Assembly (NCBI GenBank): GCA_028023455.1
Contig: JAQFVV010000005.1
Location: 13,454,001-13,518,000 of the forward strand
Reading direction: 5' to 3'
Length of the DNA: 64,000 nucleotides
Source: Epiperipatus broadwayi
Lineage: Eukaryota; Animalia; Onychophora
Shown here: positions 1 through 11,141 of the stretch, in pieces
Layout of the letters: the number at the start of each line of letters is the position of its first letter
How positions within the stretch are numbered: the first letter of the stretch is position 1
The notes under the pieces: generated by a model
What the model saw: only the letters and a program-made list of their open reading frames with translations
Database searches by the model: none
Told to the model about the DNA's origin: nothing
Position numbers and translations under genes: made by a program

Positions 1-59
1 AATAGTTGTTGTTTGTTTAATTTTTATTGACAAAAGGTTGTTTTTCGGTGTAGTTTCAA

Positions 60-960
60 CTAGTAATTTGGGTTACGTTTAAATAATAAGTTACCGTGTT
101 ACTTTGATTGGTTTACATTTGTTTGACACTAATTATTGGGAGGGATCTTTTTTTGTGTGTACGGTTGTAGACAACAATTATTGGGTGAAGGGGTGGGTTA
201 ACCGTTTAAACAATAGTAGTTTTAAGTTACGGTCTTACTTTGATTGGTTGGTTTACATTTGATTGCCGATACTAATTATTGGGAGGGGTGTTTTTTTGTA
301 TGTACGATTGTAGACAACAATTATTGGGGGAAAGGGTTAAACTGTTTAAAGAATAGTAGTTTACGTTACTTTTAGTGGTGGTGTACATTTGATTACTGAC
401 AATAATTAGTGAGAGGGGTGGGTGTTTTTGGATGATGATTAAATACTAATTTACCTTCCTTTTTATTTTACATTTGATTGCCGACAGCAATTATTTGGAG
501 AAAGGCTTTTTTTTTGTGTGTGTGTATGTTTAAATCAAAATTGAAGTTACTTTTATTTATTATATTTGATTGACAACCGATTGACTTTTTTTTCATTTAT
601 AAATTATTGTTTTGGTTGCCCAAAAACCTAATATTTTTGACAATGGGACAATAATAGTTCTTAATTTGATTATTATTGACAAGAAAGGATCTTTTTTGGT
701 GTACGTTTAAATAGTAATTTGGGTTGTGTTTAAATAGTAATACTGTTTTTAAAAATTTAAGTGACAAAATTAAAGAAACAATGGGATTTTTTTTTTTTTT
801 ATGGATCTTTAAATAATAATTTTCGTTACTTTAATTTGTTTTCATTTGATTGACAACAATTAGTGGGAGGGGTGTTTTTGTTTATTTTTAAATAATAAGT
901 TACATTTTTTGGTTAACAACAATTATTGTGTGCGTATGTTATGTTACTTTATTTATCAAT
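60..960. repeat. Degenerate tandem subterminal repeat array (~140-150 bp unit, decaying rightward) of Merlin copy 1
   Basis: Recurrent blocks tttacatttgatt(g/a)..acaa(c/t)aattattggg(a/g)ggg and gtttaaa(t/c)a(a/g)ta, e.g. near 113, 253, 385, 468 and 843. Confidence 0.65.
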
Positions 961-1484
961 TTGGTTAATAATACTTACTGGTAGACAAATTAAATTTACT
1001 TTTACAATAAGGTTTGCATCATATATATTTACACCTAAATAATAAATGGATAATGTCACTCACCTACAGATTCTTTTGTTTTTCTTTTCTTTGTTGAAAA
1101 AATTATTTTAACAAATTTTGAAGATATGGTTTAAACAAATTTAGGTTTATTTATGTCAAAAACGTAACTCAACGTGGAGAAACCAATCAATGAAACTGAA
1201 ACTCTATGGAACGCAAAAAAAAAAAAAAAAATGTAACAGAAATAAAATCTCTTTAATAAGAGCTAAAAAAAAAGTGTTTTTAAAAAATTAACTTACCTCC
1301 ACATATCTCTCTTCTTTGTTGATAAAATGATTTCAACAGTTTTAACAACAATTATTGTGTCTATTAAACTTTTTAACAAACAAAACTCGACCTCGAAACA
1401 AGAAATCAACACATGAACCGTAACATGCCCATGAAACGAGAAACAGTATAACAGAAACGAAATAATTTAAAAAACAGCATAAAA

Positions 1485-2373
1485 CTATTTCTGTTTTATC
1501 TGCATCTCAAATAATATTCTATTAAAAACATCTCCATCTTTATGAAGACGTCGCCAAAGGAATTCACACAGGTAATTGTTTATTGAACTTCTAGGTGTTC
1601 CACGCTGTTTTTTATTTTGTGATTTCAGACAGCCCCACAGACGTTCGATGTTTTGTGTGTGAACTCCTGTTTTAGGATCAATAAAATTATAGCAATGGTT
1701 CACGGTGAAGTGTTGGAAACCTGCTGCTTTCAAATCGGATGTTTTATATCCTTTCCAGCAGTCAGAGTAAATTGTGGATCCGGGCTTGATATTTTCCTGT
1801 ATGACTTGCAGAAGTGTGACCGCAGATCGTGATGGAACGGGCATGGCAAAACATTCTCCAGTCTCTCTGCAAAAGCCACCAAATATCCATTGCTGAGGAA
1901 GCACTCTTCCCTGGTGGTTCTTACGTCGACTGAACAGTGTTTCGTCCACCTCTATCAAACCTGATCCTCCAACTTGACTGGAAGGTCTTGAAGCAAGGCT
2001 TTTGCGACAAAATTCACGGAGAGCTTCTTTCCATCTGGCTAATGAATCTCGAGACATTTCAATGTCATTAATGGCATGCTGTACGATCAACTCATCACGG
2101 CTCCAGTAATGCAGCAAATGTAAAGACTTGATGAACGGCATTTGAAATCCCTCAAACCAGCTGCCTTTTCGAAGTGCACATTTCTTTCGGCAAAAACGAG
2201 ATTTACAAATGAAAGTCCAAAGATCTTTATGGACCTCAAGTCTCATACATTCGCCGCACAAACATCTCTTTTCTTTCAGCAGTATGTTTTTCTGCTGTAG
2301 AAATGTTACAGCGCTGGCTTCTGTGCCTGGTAATTCCCATATTTTTCATATTTTGTGTTTTCGAATTTGCCAT
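1485..2373 (-). pseudogene. Merlin/ISXO2-like (DDE_Tnp_IS1595) transposase, intact except one apparent +1 frameshift near the N-terminus
   Basis: ORF 1485-2261 has IEVDETLFSRRKNHQGR, QWIFGG, TIYSDCWKGY, VNH..NFIDP.TGVHTQNIERLW and YLCEFLWRR. ATG at 2373 gives MANSKTQNMK; removing one A from the 5-A run (2342-2346) joins IWELPGTEASAVTFLQQK in frame, paralleling copy 2 (MANAETKDLKL[W]DLPKYEEEALTF). Confidence 0.9.
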
Positions 2374-2665
2374 ACTTTTTGTCTCGGAAAATTTCTCGCT
2401 GAAACGTGACTCAAAGCGTGATCTTTAAAATATTACCCTAACCCACCGTAATCGAAAATTTAGGAGGAATATAAATTTATGAGGAAAAATCACGATACTG
2501 TTAAAATTGTTAAAATGTAACAGTACATCAATTTGTCTTAAAAAAAGGGTACCAATAAAAATTAAAATAATTTTGACACGATCAAATTAATACCCCCTCG
2601 TATGATATTGTTACATCAACTACATAACACAGCATTACGATATAGTGCGTTACACAAACAACTAC

Positions 2666-2903
2666 GGTATTTTCCTCTGCTTTTAGCATCGGAAAAAGCC
2701 ACACCGTTAGCCGCTAAGCCGAGTTAACATTCTTTCTAGATTTTATCGTAGAAAGAAGACTTAACTCTGAGTTAACAATCTTTCTAGGATTTATTTTAGA
2801 AAGAATGCTTAAAGGCTTAGGTGGGGCCGCGGAAACGGCATTTCTAGAAATTTAGCTAGAAATCACGCCTCTAGCGGCTAACACGAAGGAAAAGATGACA
2901 ACC
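2666..2903. other. Multi-hairpin (branched) palindromic terminal region of Merlin copy 1
   Basis: Nested inverted repeats: gttagccgcta/tagcggctaac, taagcc/ggctta, two near-duplicate arms gagttaaca(t/a)tctttctag..tagaaagaa, atttctag/ctagaaat, and ttttcc..tgct/agca..ggaaaa. Confidence 0.7.
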
Positions 2904-3370
2904 AGAAAAAGATATTTTGTTAAATAAGGTTAAAGAGCTATATGAAAAATTAAGAATATTAATTAATTTAAAAGAAGAAAATATGTTAAGAAACTGTTAT
3001 ATGTATAGAATGATAAATTAAAAAACAATAAGGATAAGACATTATAAAAAATTATGACAATTAATTTATGCTAGACAAAAATTGGATATGTTTAAGAATT
3101 GGGATAATAATAAGGGTAATATTACTAAAATAAAAAGTAGTCGTAATTATAAAAAAGATAAATTTTATAATTAATTTAACTGGAAAAATATTTGAAAAAA
3201 AGGAGAAAGAGTTTTTGTAGAAAGGTTTAAAGTATGTTCCGAAAATAAATGGTAATATTAAAAAAGAGATTTTTGAAATTGAAGCAAAAATAAATTATTA
3301 ATTGATAAAATTAAAGGAATTAATAATATTAATATTCATGATAATAAAAAGGATAAATTGTATGATATGA

Positions 3371-5500
3371 GGTTGAAGCAATGGATCTGGAAGTCCGATC
3401 CATGCTTCACAGCCTTCTATAGACTTAACAAATATTGTAGACCTGAATTAAGTTTATAGTCCAGTATCAGCAGGGTTTTGCATTAAAGCTAAAATTAATA
3501 TGTTCATTTGGCTTACTTAACGAAATTTAAATTTATTTTTGTGTTAAAATATTTCTTTACAATAAATTCTGTTAAGATTAAATTACTATGAAAATTTACT
3601 TTTAAAATTTATTAATCAAACATATATATACGTCAAGCGTATATATATGATTTAATGCAAAATTCTGTTGAACTAAAAGGTTATTTTATTAAAAAGAAAT
3701 CAAGATATTTTTCTTTTAATTTTGTCGTTTAAATTTTGTTAAAATGGTGTATGATTTTATTTTAAGATAAGCCTGCCAACATTTCTAAAGGAATGGTATG
3801 TTTAATTAGTTAGTCCATTCAAGGCAATTAAAGATGGCCTTTTAATTAAATAAAATTCAAACTTAAATGCACAATTTGATAAAAAGAAATTGAAAGTTTA
3901 TTTTTAGTAAAAATTTACTTCAAAACAAAGGAATGTGGGGGGCTTATCAAGATCTAAAATCATACGCAAAACAATAGAAGGGTAGCTCTTAGAAAGGTAT
4001 AAAAAGGAGAGGAGAACAAAAGACTTGGTCTTTCTCTGATTGTTTTGCTGATTCATGCATATCCTGTGCTGAGATTCTCCGAGGTTTTGTTCTAAATGCA
4101 AAAAATATTGTTCCTGAATTAGGCAGATTTTGCCGTTCAACTCATTCAGATTTTTGCTCCTGGATTTATTCAACTTTTGTCCTCGAAATCACTTATAAGT
4201 TTCATCATGCAACGAGTTAAAAGCTATATTAATTTGATGGACGGGACCATGATTGGTGGCTAAGCAAACAGCTTTGCCTACTGCCAGGGTCCTATGTCCA
4301 TCAAAATGCCTAACATGCCCAACCATCTATAAATGAGAACTGTCAGCCATGTGTGTGCCTTTAGTCTTAAAATGCTGCCTACTTCAAATTCATTTGTCCG
4401 GACAAATATCTCTCTACGGACATATCAAGCCACAAACATCGAGGGAACTGGACCAAGGAAGCTCAACAGGAAACCGTATGTCTCCTCTTGAACTATTTAT
4501 TACTTTACATTTTGATAAATACCTTTCTTAACTGTTTCATTTAATGATTTATATAATGTAACTGTTTTCTATTATACTAATATTAGATGTATATTTAATT
4601 TTTGTGTGATCATCTATTTATATTTAACCTTTTCCCATTCGCTATTCCTCATTTAAAATACATATAAATGTTTTCTTGTTTTTTTATTATTTGCGGTTTA
4701 AATTTTTTTTTTCCATTTAAAACTTTCCAATTTAAAATAATATCGGTCTTCTAAATACTAGTAAGATTCTTTTGTTTGCCAACTTGATCTCCTCGATAAC
4801 ACTTCTTTTGTCCGCCTTTAGCCCCATACTTATATCTTAGTATAAATGTCTTAAATATTTTCAAATTGTTTTAAGCACAAAGAAACTAGAAAATGCTTTG
4901 TGAAATATTTATTTTAATTGTTCTTTATTGAGGGGATTCGAGTTAATAATTTTATTCAAATTGGAAAAGTAATGTTTAAACCACAAAAATGTTATGTAAT
5001 TGCCCTCTGCCTTATTATAAAGTTATATATATCTAATCAATAAGGGAATAGCGAAAAAACTTAAAACTTTTCAAATATTTAAGTTACATTTTATTAAAAT
5101 ATGTTATTTAATCTAAAAGCTTAGATTTGCTAATTTTATTTCAATTTCTTATTCGCTTAATCTTTTATTTTATTTATCAAATGATCCAGGCACGCACAAA
5201 CACATATTTCATTTTTTTTATGCACATTTAACTTCATTAGTCCCATAAGTGTCTCCATCCATGTCTATCTCTGATGCTAAGCTTTGGGCCGAGTAAGAAA
5301 ATAATTTATGAGTGTCTCAGATAATGTTGTTGGTTCATAATTAGACTCGAGAATAGGCGAATAGGGCAGAGGTCATAGTATTGTTGATTTAATATCTCAT
5401 GTATAGGTGGCCTCGAGGTACTTTCACCTAGTATTCGAACTGCATTAAACCAACATACATCATCTGACCGATACAAGGTGGAAAAAGTTTCAATATAGAA
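3371..5500. other. Unclassified ~2.1 kb insertion interrupting PLE1
   Basis: PLE1 coding sense stops near 3370 and resumes near 5500. The insert has several hairpins and no recognisable domain. No TSD found, so boundaries are approximate. Confidence 0.35.
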
Positions 5501-5988
5501 TGGAAGAATTGGAATTTAATAAGAAAAATAATAAAGAATATAAATATGATAATAAATATGAATGGAAAATTATTAATAAAATTAAATGTAAATATAAGGA
5601 TGTGTTATTTTTGAAAAAAAAAAAAAAAGACATCTCGTATGGTAATTATGATCAAAAAAAGAATATAATGAAAAAATGAAAATATTATTGGAAGGTGATT
5701 GTTTTAAAGGAATTAGAAAAAATGAATACAGAAAAATAAAATAATTAATAGGATTACAACTAATATGTATGAAAAAAGCTATATTAATAAAGAGGAGATT
5801 TTTAGGTTGAAAAGAATAAATTTTAAAGATGCTAGAATATAAGGAGTACCAAAGATACATAAAACAAGAATACCATTAAGGCCTATTATTAATCATGTGG
5901 ATACATATTATGAAAATATATCAAAATGTTTATATAGTAAAAAAAATTTAAAAATATGGAGAAATGAAAAAAGAAAATAATGTGAGTA

Positions 5989-8900
5989 CATCCACTAGAT
6001 GGCGATTGAAACATAAGCTGATATTGTTTCGGATTCTATTATAAAAACTGTTTTGTAATAAAGAAACTTTGATTTAAGTTATATTACACAAATAGGGTTG
6101 AAAAGTAAGACCATTATTTACTAACCTGCTCTACAATGAGCCAATTCTTTGAGTTTCTGAAAAGATATTGTACACCTTTAGCAATGGCTACCTGTAGCTT
6201 GAACGAATTTGACATTATGGAAGATTCTGCTCAGCCTTTGGCAAGTAACAATGAAACACCACCGAACACATATCAGGAGCCCTGAAAAAATGCAGTAGAA
6301 GAAACAGATATCAAATTGAGCAGTCACTCCAATAAGCAACCATTATTAAATGATGCATCTCTTCCCTCAAGGGTTAAGGTAATCCTTCAAGAAACAGATG
6401 ATTGGGAGGTTTATCCATGGATAAGAAAGTCCTCTAGACTCTCTCAAGAGCCAGTCACCGAAGAAGAAAAGTTGTGAGATACCAAAATATAAAGATTCAA
6501 CACTCATTTAGAGTGTGAATAGCATGAGTAATTTAAAATATTGCACCATAACTAAATTGCATGAATACTATTGACATTACCATTATGCAGCTGAATATGA
6601 CTGGCATAAACATAAGGGGAATGAACTCTCTCAAAACAGTACTCTCTATCAGCAATTGGATTTCTCAGTTCTCACCCCATAACCCCCCCCCCAAAAAAAA
6701 AAAACCTGCATATCCAGTCAGAAATTGACATAATCAGACACTTGAAGAAATTTGGATTTATAACGTTCTCAACCTCAAATACTTCAACTGCAGGAGTAGA
6801 AGTTTTAATTGATAACAAGGCACCTTCTGATTCTTTTAAAATACATCATATAAATCAAAACATAATTATCACCACCTATCACCTGGCTTTTACAATTAAT
6901 ATAATTTACCTTCATTTATATAGCAATACAACCCTTATACATCAAGTAATACATCAAGTAAACCTTTCACAATCAACCAACTCTTTCCCAATTGTTTTAT
7001 TTGGTGACTTTAACATGCTTTATAAAGATTATGTAAATAAACAACTCTATCTCATTAACTGTAAAGTCATAAGGGATTTTCCCCCAATGATGCCTTTTCC
7101 TTCTGCAACCTCAAACACACAACCCTCATTGACCTATTATCTTATTCACCAGACTTACATTTAGAGTGTTTTTTATGACCATTTTGCACTATCTATTGAT
7201 CTCCAAAAGCAACCAGTATTTAAATACAATAAGGATATTACTTAAGGTCACATCACAATAGGCAGTAATATCAGAAATTTAAATCTATTTAAAAAAATTG
7301 AAATCCTCTCTTTATCGCTTGGTTTTCATTCATCAATATTACACAATCAATTACTAAACACCACACATCCAAAAATAAAGTACCAACTACCTTAGTTAAA
7401 GAACTTGATATAATTAACTTGAAAGCCACTCCATGTGACCCAGCCTCAATAATGGCCCTAAAGCAACAATACAAGCAAATGCAATCCACACTGGCTAAGT
7501 GTCTCTCTGCAAAAAAGGCAAAAATATTTCTAGCACAACCTCATAACTGGTCCAGAGGATATATCCGCTGGGTCCTAGCTTAAAATAAAAAGGCAGTCCT
7601 GTCATCAATTATGGCTAACAGACAAATATTGCATGGGTTCCAACATGCTACCAGAAATCTTCTAACACTTTTAAGCCAAATTACAAACAGTCAACCACCC
7701 ATATACTATGATTTCTAATAATAAAGAGGGTAAACAAAGTATGAATAAGCTTAAACCTCTTCCAAATAGTATCCAACCAGGCCCCCATGCTAAACCAAAA
7801 TACGTTTGCTTGCATTTAAGTTACTTCACAGTGCCAATAATACTAAACATGATTAACCTACTTTCTAATCAATTTAATAATATAGAAGGTTTATACCCAA
7901 TCTCATTGGTCCCCTTCTTAAAGCAAAACACCCTTCCCTCTCTTCCTGAAATCTCTGTCCAATATCTGTCAACAATACTCATTAAGATAACTGAATCTAT
8001 AATCAAAGATAAACTTCAACCCATCATCCTACCCTCAATCTCAAGCAATCAGTTCACCAAAAGAGGCATGCCACCTCAGACACCATTACCCTATTTAAAC
8101 TTATAATTGATCAAGTAAGATTGACTAGAAAGGCTAGTTCCAATGTGGTACAACTTGACATCTCATCAGCTTTGGACTCAGTCTGCAATGACCTACTTTT
8201 TGAACTGCTTGACTCATATGGAGTTTCTATTAAAATTACCTATATATTAGCCAACCTACTAAACAGGGAAGTGTTTATCACACTAAATGGGAAAATTTCC
8301 CCTGGTTTTAAACCACACAATTCTATTCTAAAGGGCTCCCTGTTAAGTGCCCTCCTTTTTATAACATACATAAATTCACTGCTTTCTAAAAATAGAGATT
8401 ACCTAGCACATACATTCTGATAATCGACAAGACAGTAGCATATATAGCATGGATGATCTCATGGTTTTTCTTGCTTCTAAAAAATATCTTGCTTTACTAA
8501 TTTCAATTTTGGAACAATATATGACCCAATACCACCTTCAGTTCAATCTAGACAAGTCATCTGCATGGAGGTTGCTCATGGGCAATAGTGTTATATCTCC
8601 CTTCACAGCAAAGCCTCATAACTTTCTTAGCTTCCCAATATATAAATCAATGACAGCTATGAGAAAGGCTATCCAGGAAACTATTCTAACATCTACTCAA
8701 AATATAGCAAAAACATTATCTAAAGTTTACCTATCCATTAATGCGAAGGTCTCTCTCATCAACATCTTAATCTTTCCAAAAATGAATTACCATAAATGAA
8801 TGCCTTTAAGAGAAAAATTAATTCAATTTGCTCAAAACTAATATGGAACAAAAGAGTTGTGGCAATTAGTGTGAGAACTTTGCAAAAGCATATCAAAGAT

Positions 8901-10033
8901 AATGATATTTTCTTCCACTCAATCAATAACATTTTTTTTTACCAAAAGGCATTCAATACAATTTCCAGAATTATCTCATTCCATCCAAATTATCCCAACA
9001 GACAAACCACTGCAAACTCATTGCAGCTAGTATTGACTTCTGGAAGTCATCGCATGATTCATGGCACTTATCAACCAGCCCCATCTCTGTTTAACATTAC
9101 AAATAAACAGATAAATCAATAAATTCTGGTATTTAAAACAAAAATATCTAGATTTTATAATCAAAATCAATTTGGATGGCCTCCCTACCAGTCACTTCCT
9201 AAAACAAAGGGGAATTGCAAAAATAGATCCGGTCTGTTCACTTTGTCACCAATCTGAAGAAACTGCACACCACTTCATATACCAGTACTGAGCTTTCCAC
9301 ATCTACAGAAACACTATCCAATCAATTACTAAGTCTAATAAATCTACCATTTGGATTCTCATTGATACCATTAAAATGGACCTTGCCCCCTCAATTAGAA
9401 TTTCTGCTTTCCTTTTGTTTATCCTCTGGTCCCTGAGATGCTATCTTTGTTCCAACCCTGCAGCTAATAAACTTCAATCACTCTTCTACAAAAAAATTGG
9501 ATTTCCAAAAACAGAGACCTGGCCCTACCCCCCCCCAGATATAATTACTACAATATGGAGCCTGGTCTCTCATATGGGTCCACTATAGAGTTGACTCAGG
9601 AGGAAGTGGATTACAAAAATTAAAAAACCAGTCCTAAACTCTGAGTAATCAGTCACTCATAACAGAAATAGCCGCCAAGGACAACTCATCATGTTTATAT
9701 ATCCAAATGATGTTTAAACATTCAGAGGAATTTTTCCCAGCATGATCAACTTAGAATCATTTGCTAATGGACATCATTTGAAATTTAGACCAGGTTTGAA
9801 TCACAACAAATATTTTGTACCAACTTTTTTGCTTCTTATAGGTAACTTACATTATTAGAAAAGTTTAAATATTGTTTGTCTGATATGTTAATTTTATTAT
9901 GTAAAAGGCAATGCACTAACCTACTAATTGTAAAACACACTAAAATAATGATACTTTGTTAATAGGTTTGATTTACCAAAATTGTATATTAATTTAATTT
10001 CACAGTATAAATAAATAATTTTAATTATATAAA
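5989..10033 (+). mobile_element. L1/Tx1-like non-LTR retrotransposon (LINE A), decayed, with a 15-bp TSD
   Basis: TSD aaaataatgtgagta at 5974-5988 and 10034-10048. ORF2 remnants: APE endonuclease (IVLFGDFNML, DHFALS), RT (QLDISSALDSV, MDDLMVF), LINILIFPKMNY/KLIWNKRV, and C-terminal CSLCHQSEETAHH zinc knuckle (~9235). Confidence 0.88.
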
Positions 10034-10244
10034 AAAATAATGTGAGTAATTCAAGTGATTTTGTAAGGTTTTTAAATATATTTTTAGAAGGTAATAATTA
10101 TAAGAATGTATTTTTTGTTAAGTTAGATATATATAGTACGTATACAAATATAGAATCACATAAAGCATTTAAAATAATAATGGCAATGTATATTAAAGAT
10201 AATAGCAAGAATATAAAAATGGAATGTCATCAATTATATGAAAT

Positions 10245-10661
10245 GGTCCGATGTGCCATTATTTTTGACCAGAGAGTATACTCAATAAATCAAAAGCTCT
10301 TGGACTAATTCACTCTCTCAAAACCAGAGATACAAAACTAGCCCCACCTCCACTCCTCACAGACACTTGGGCAATCCTCCAACTCCCATCCTCTCAGCCT
10401 GTCATAGGACTCAATCATTCAAATGTTTGTGACCCATGCGGTGCTTACTCAATGAAGACATGCATCTCGAACTGGCCTGGACTACACACCGTTTCTCCTT
10501 TCCACTTCCCATTCCCTTTTCATATGTATCCTTCCTTCCTTACCAAGTTGCTCCTGAAATTCCAATTTATCATATAATCACTCCCTTGTAAAACTTTTTC
10601 TAACTGTATTTGTATCTGTTTTTTTTTTTGATGAATAAACTTTCATCACTGAGAAAAAAAA
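10245..10661 (+). mobile_element. 5'-truncated LINE 3' end (LINE B) inserted in PLE1
   Basis: Ends with aataaa (10634) and poly(A) (10654-10663). Flanked by a ~38-bp direct repeat (10207-10244 / 10662-10699, 3 mismatches). Residual peptide KTRDTKLAPPPLLTDTWAI weakly resembles the LINE A C-terminus KTETWPYPPPDIITTIWSL. Confidence 0.65.
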
Positions 10662-11141
10662 AAGAATATAAAAATAGATTGTCATCAATTATATAAAATA
10701 TTAAATTAAATATATATTGTAAAGATGTTGTATTTATGTATAATTACATGTATTATAAATAATGAAAGGATTTGAGAATAGGGAATAGTTTGAGTGGATT
10801 ATTAGTTTCAATAATTATGAATGATTTTGGAAAAAAAATATTATGGTAATACAAGATATAAACTTATTTGTACCAGATATGTAAATAATTATTTTTTAGT
10901 GTTTAATGGAAACTATAAAATATCAGATAATTTTATAAAATATATTAATTTAATTGATTATAATATTAAATTTACTATGGGAAAAGAAGAAAATAATCTA
11001 ATAAATTATATGGATGTTAATATTAAAAAAGTTATAAAGAATTGTAAGGTATATATTGAAACAAGCGTATTTAGGAAAGATACTTTTTATGGGTTGTACT
11101 GGCGTTCAGATATAGAATATGAACATAAAATAAATATTATT

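Larger units (their letters stand above)
1..2903 (-). mobile_element. Merlin (IS1016/ISXO2-like) DNA transposon copy 1; one end at 2903, the other outside the window
   Basis: Contains the DDE transposase below. The minus strand begins GGTTGTCATCTTTTCC at 2903, matching the GGTTGT start of other Merlin-like ends here (14367, 48030, 49324). A subterminal repeat array lies downstream of the ORF. Confidence 0.75.

Noticed and set aside
5300-5470. Minus-strand peptide DVCWFNAVRILGESTSRPPI as a Bro-N/KilA-like domain
   Set aside because: Only a WF...LG resemblance with no supporting downstream motif.
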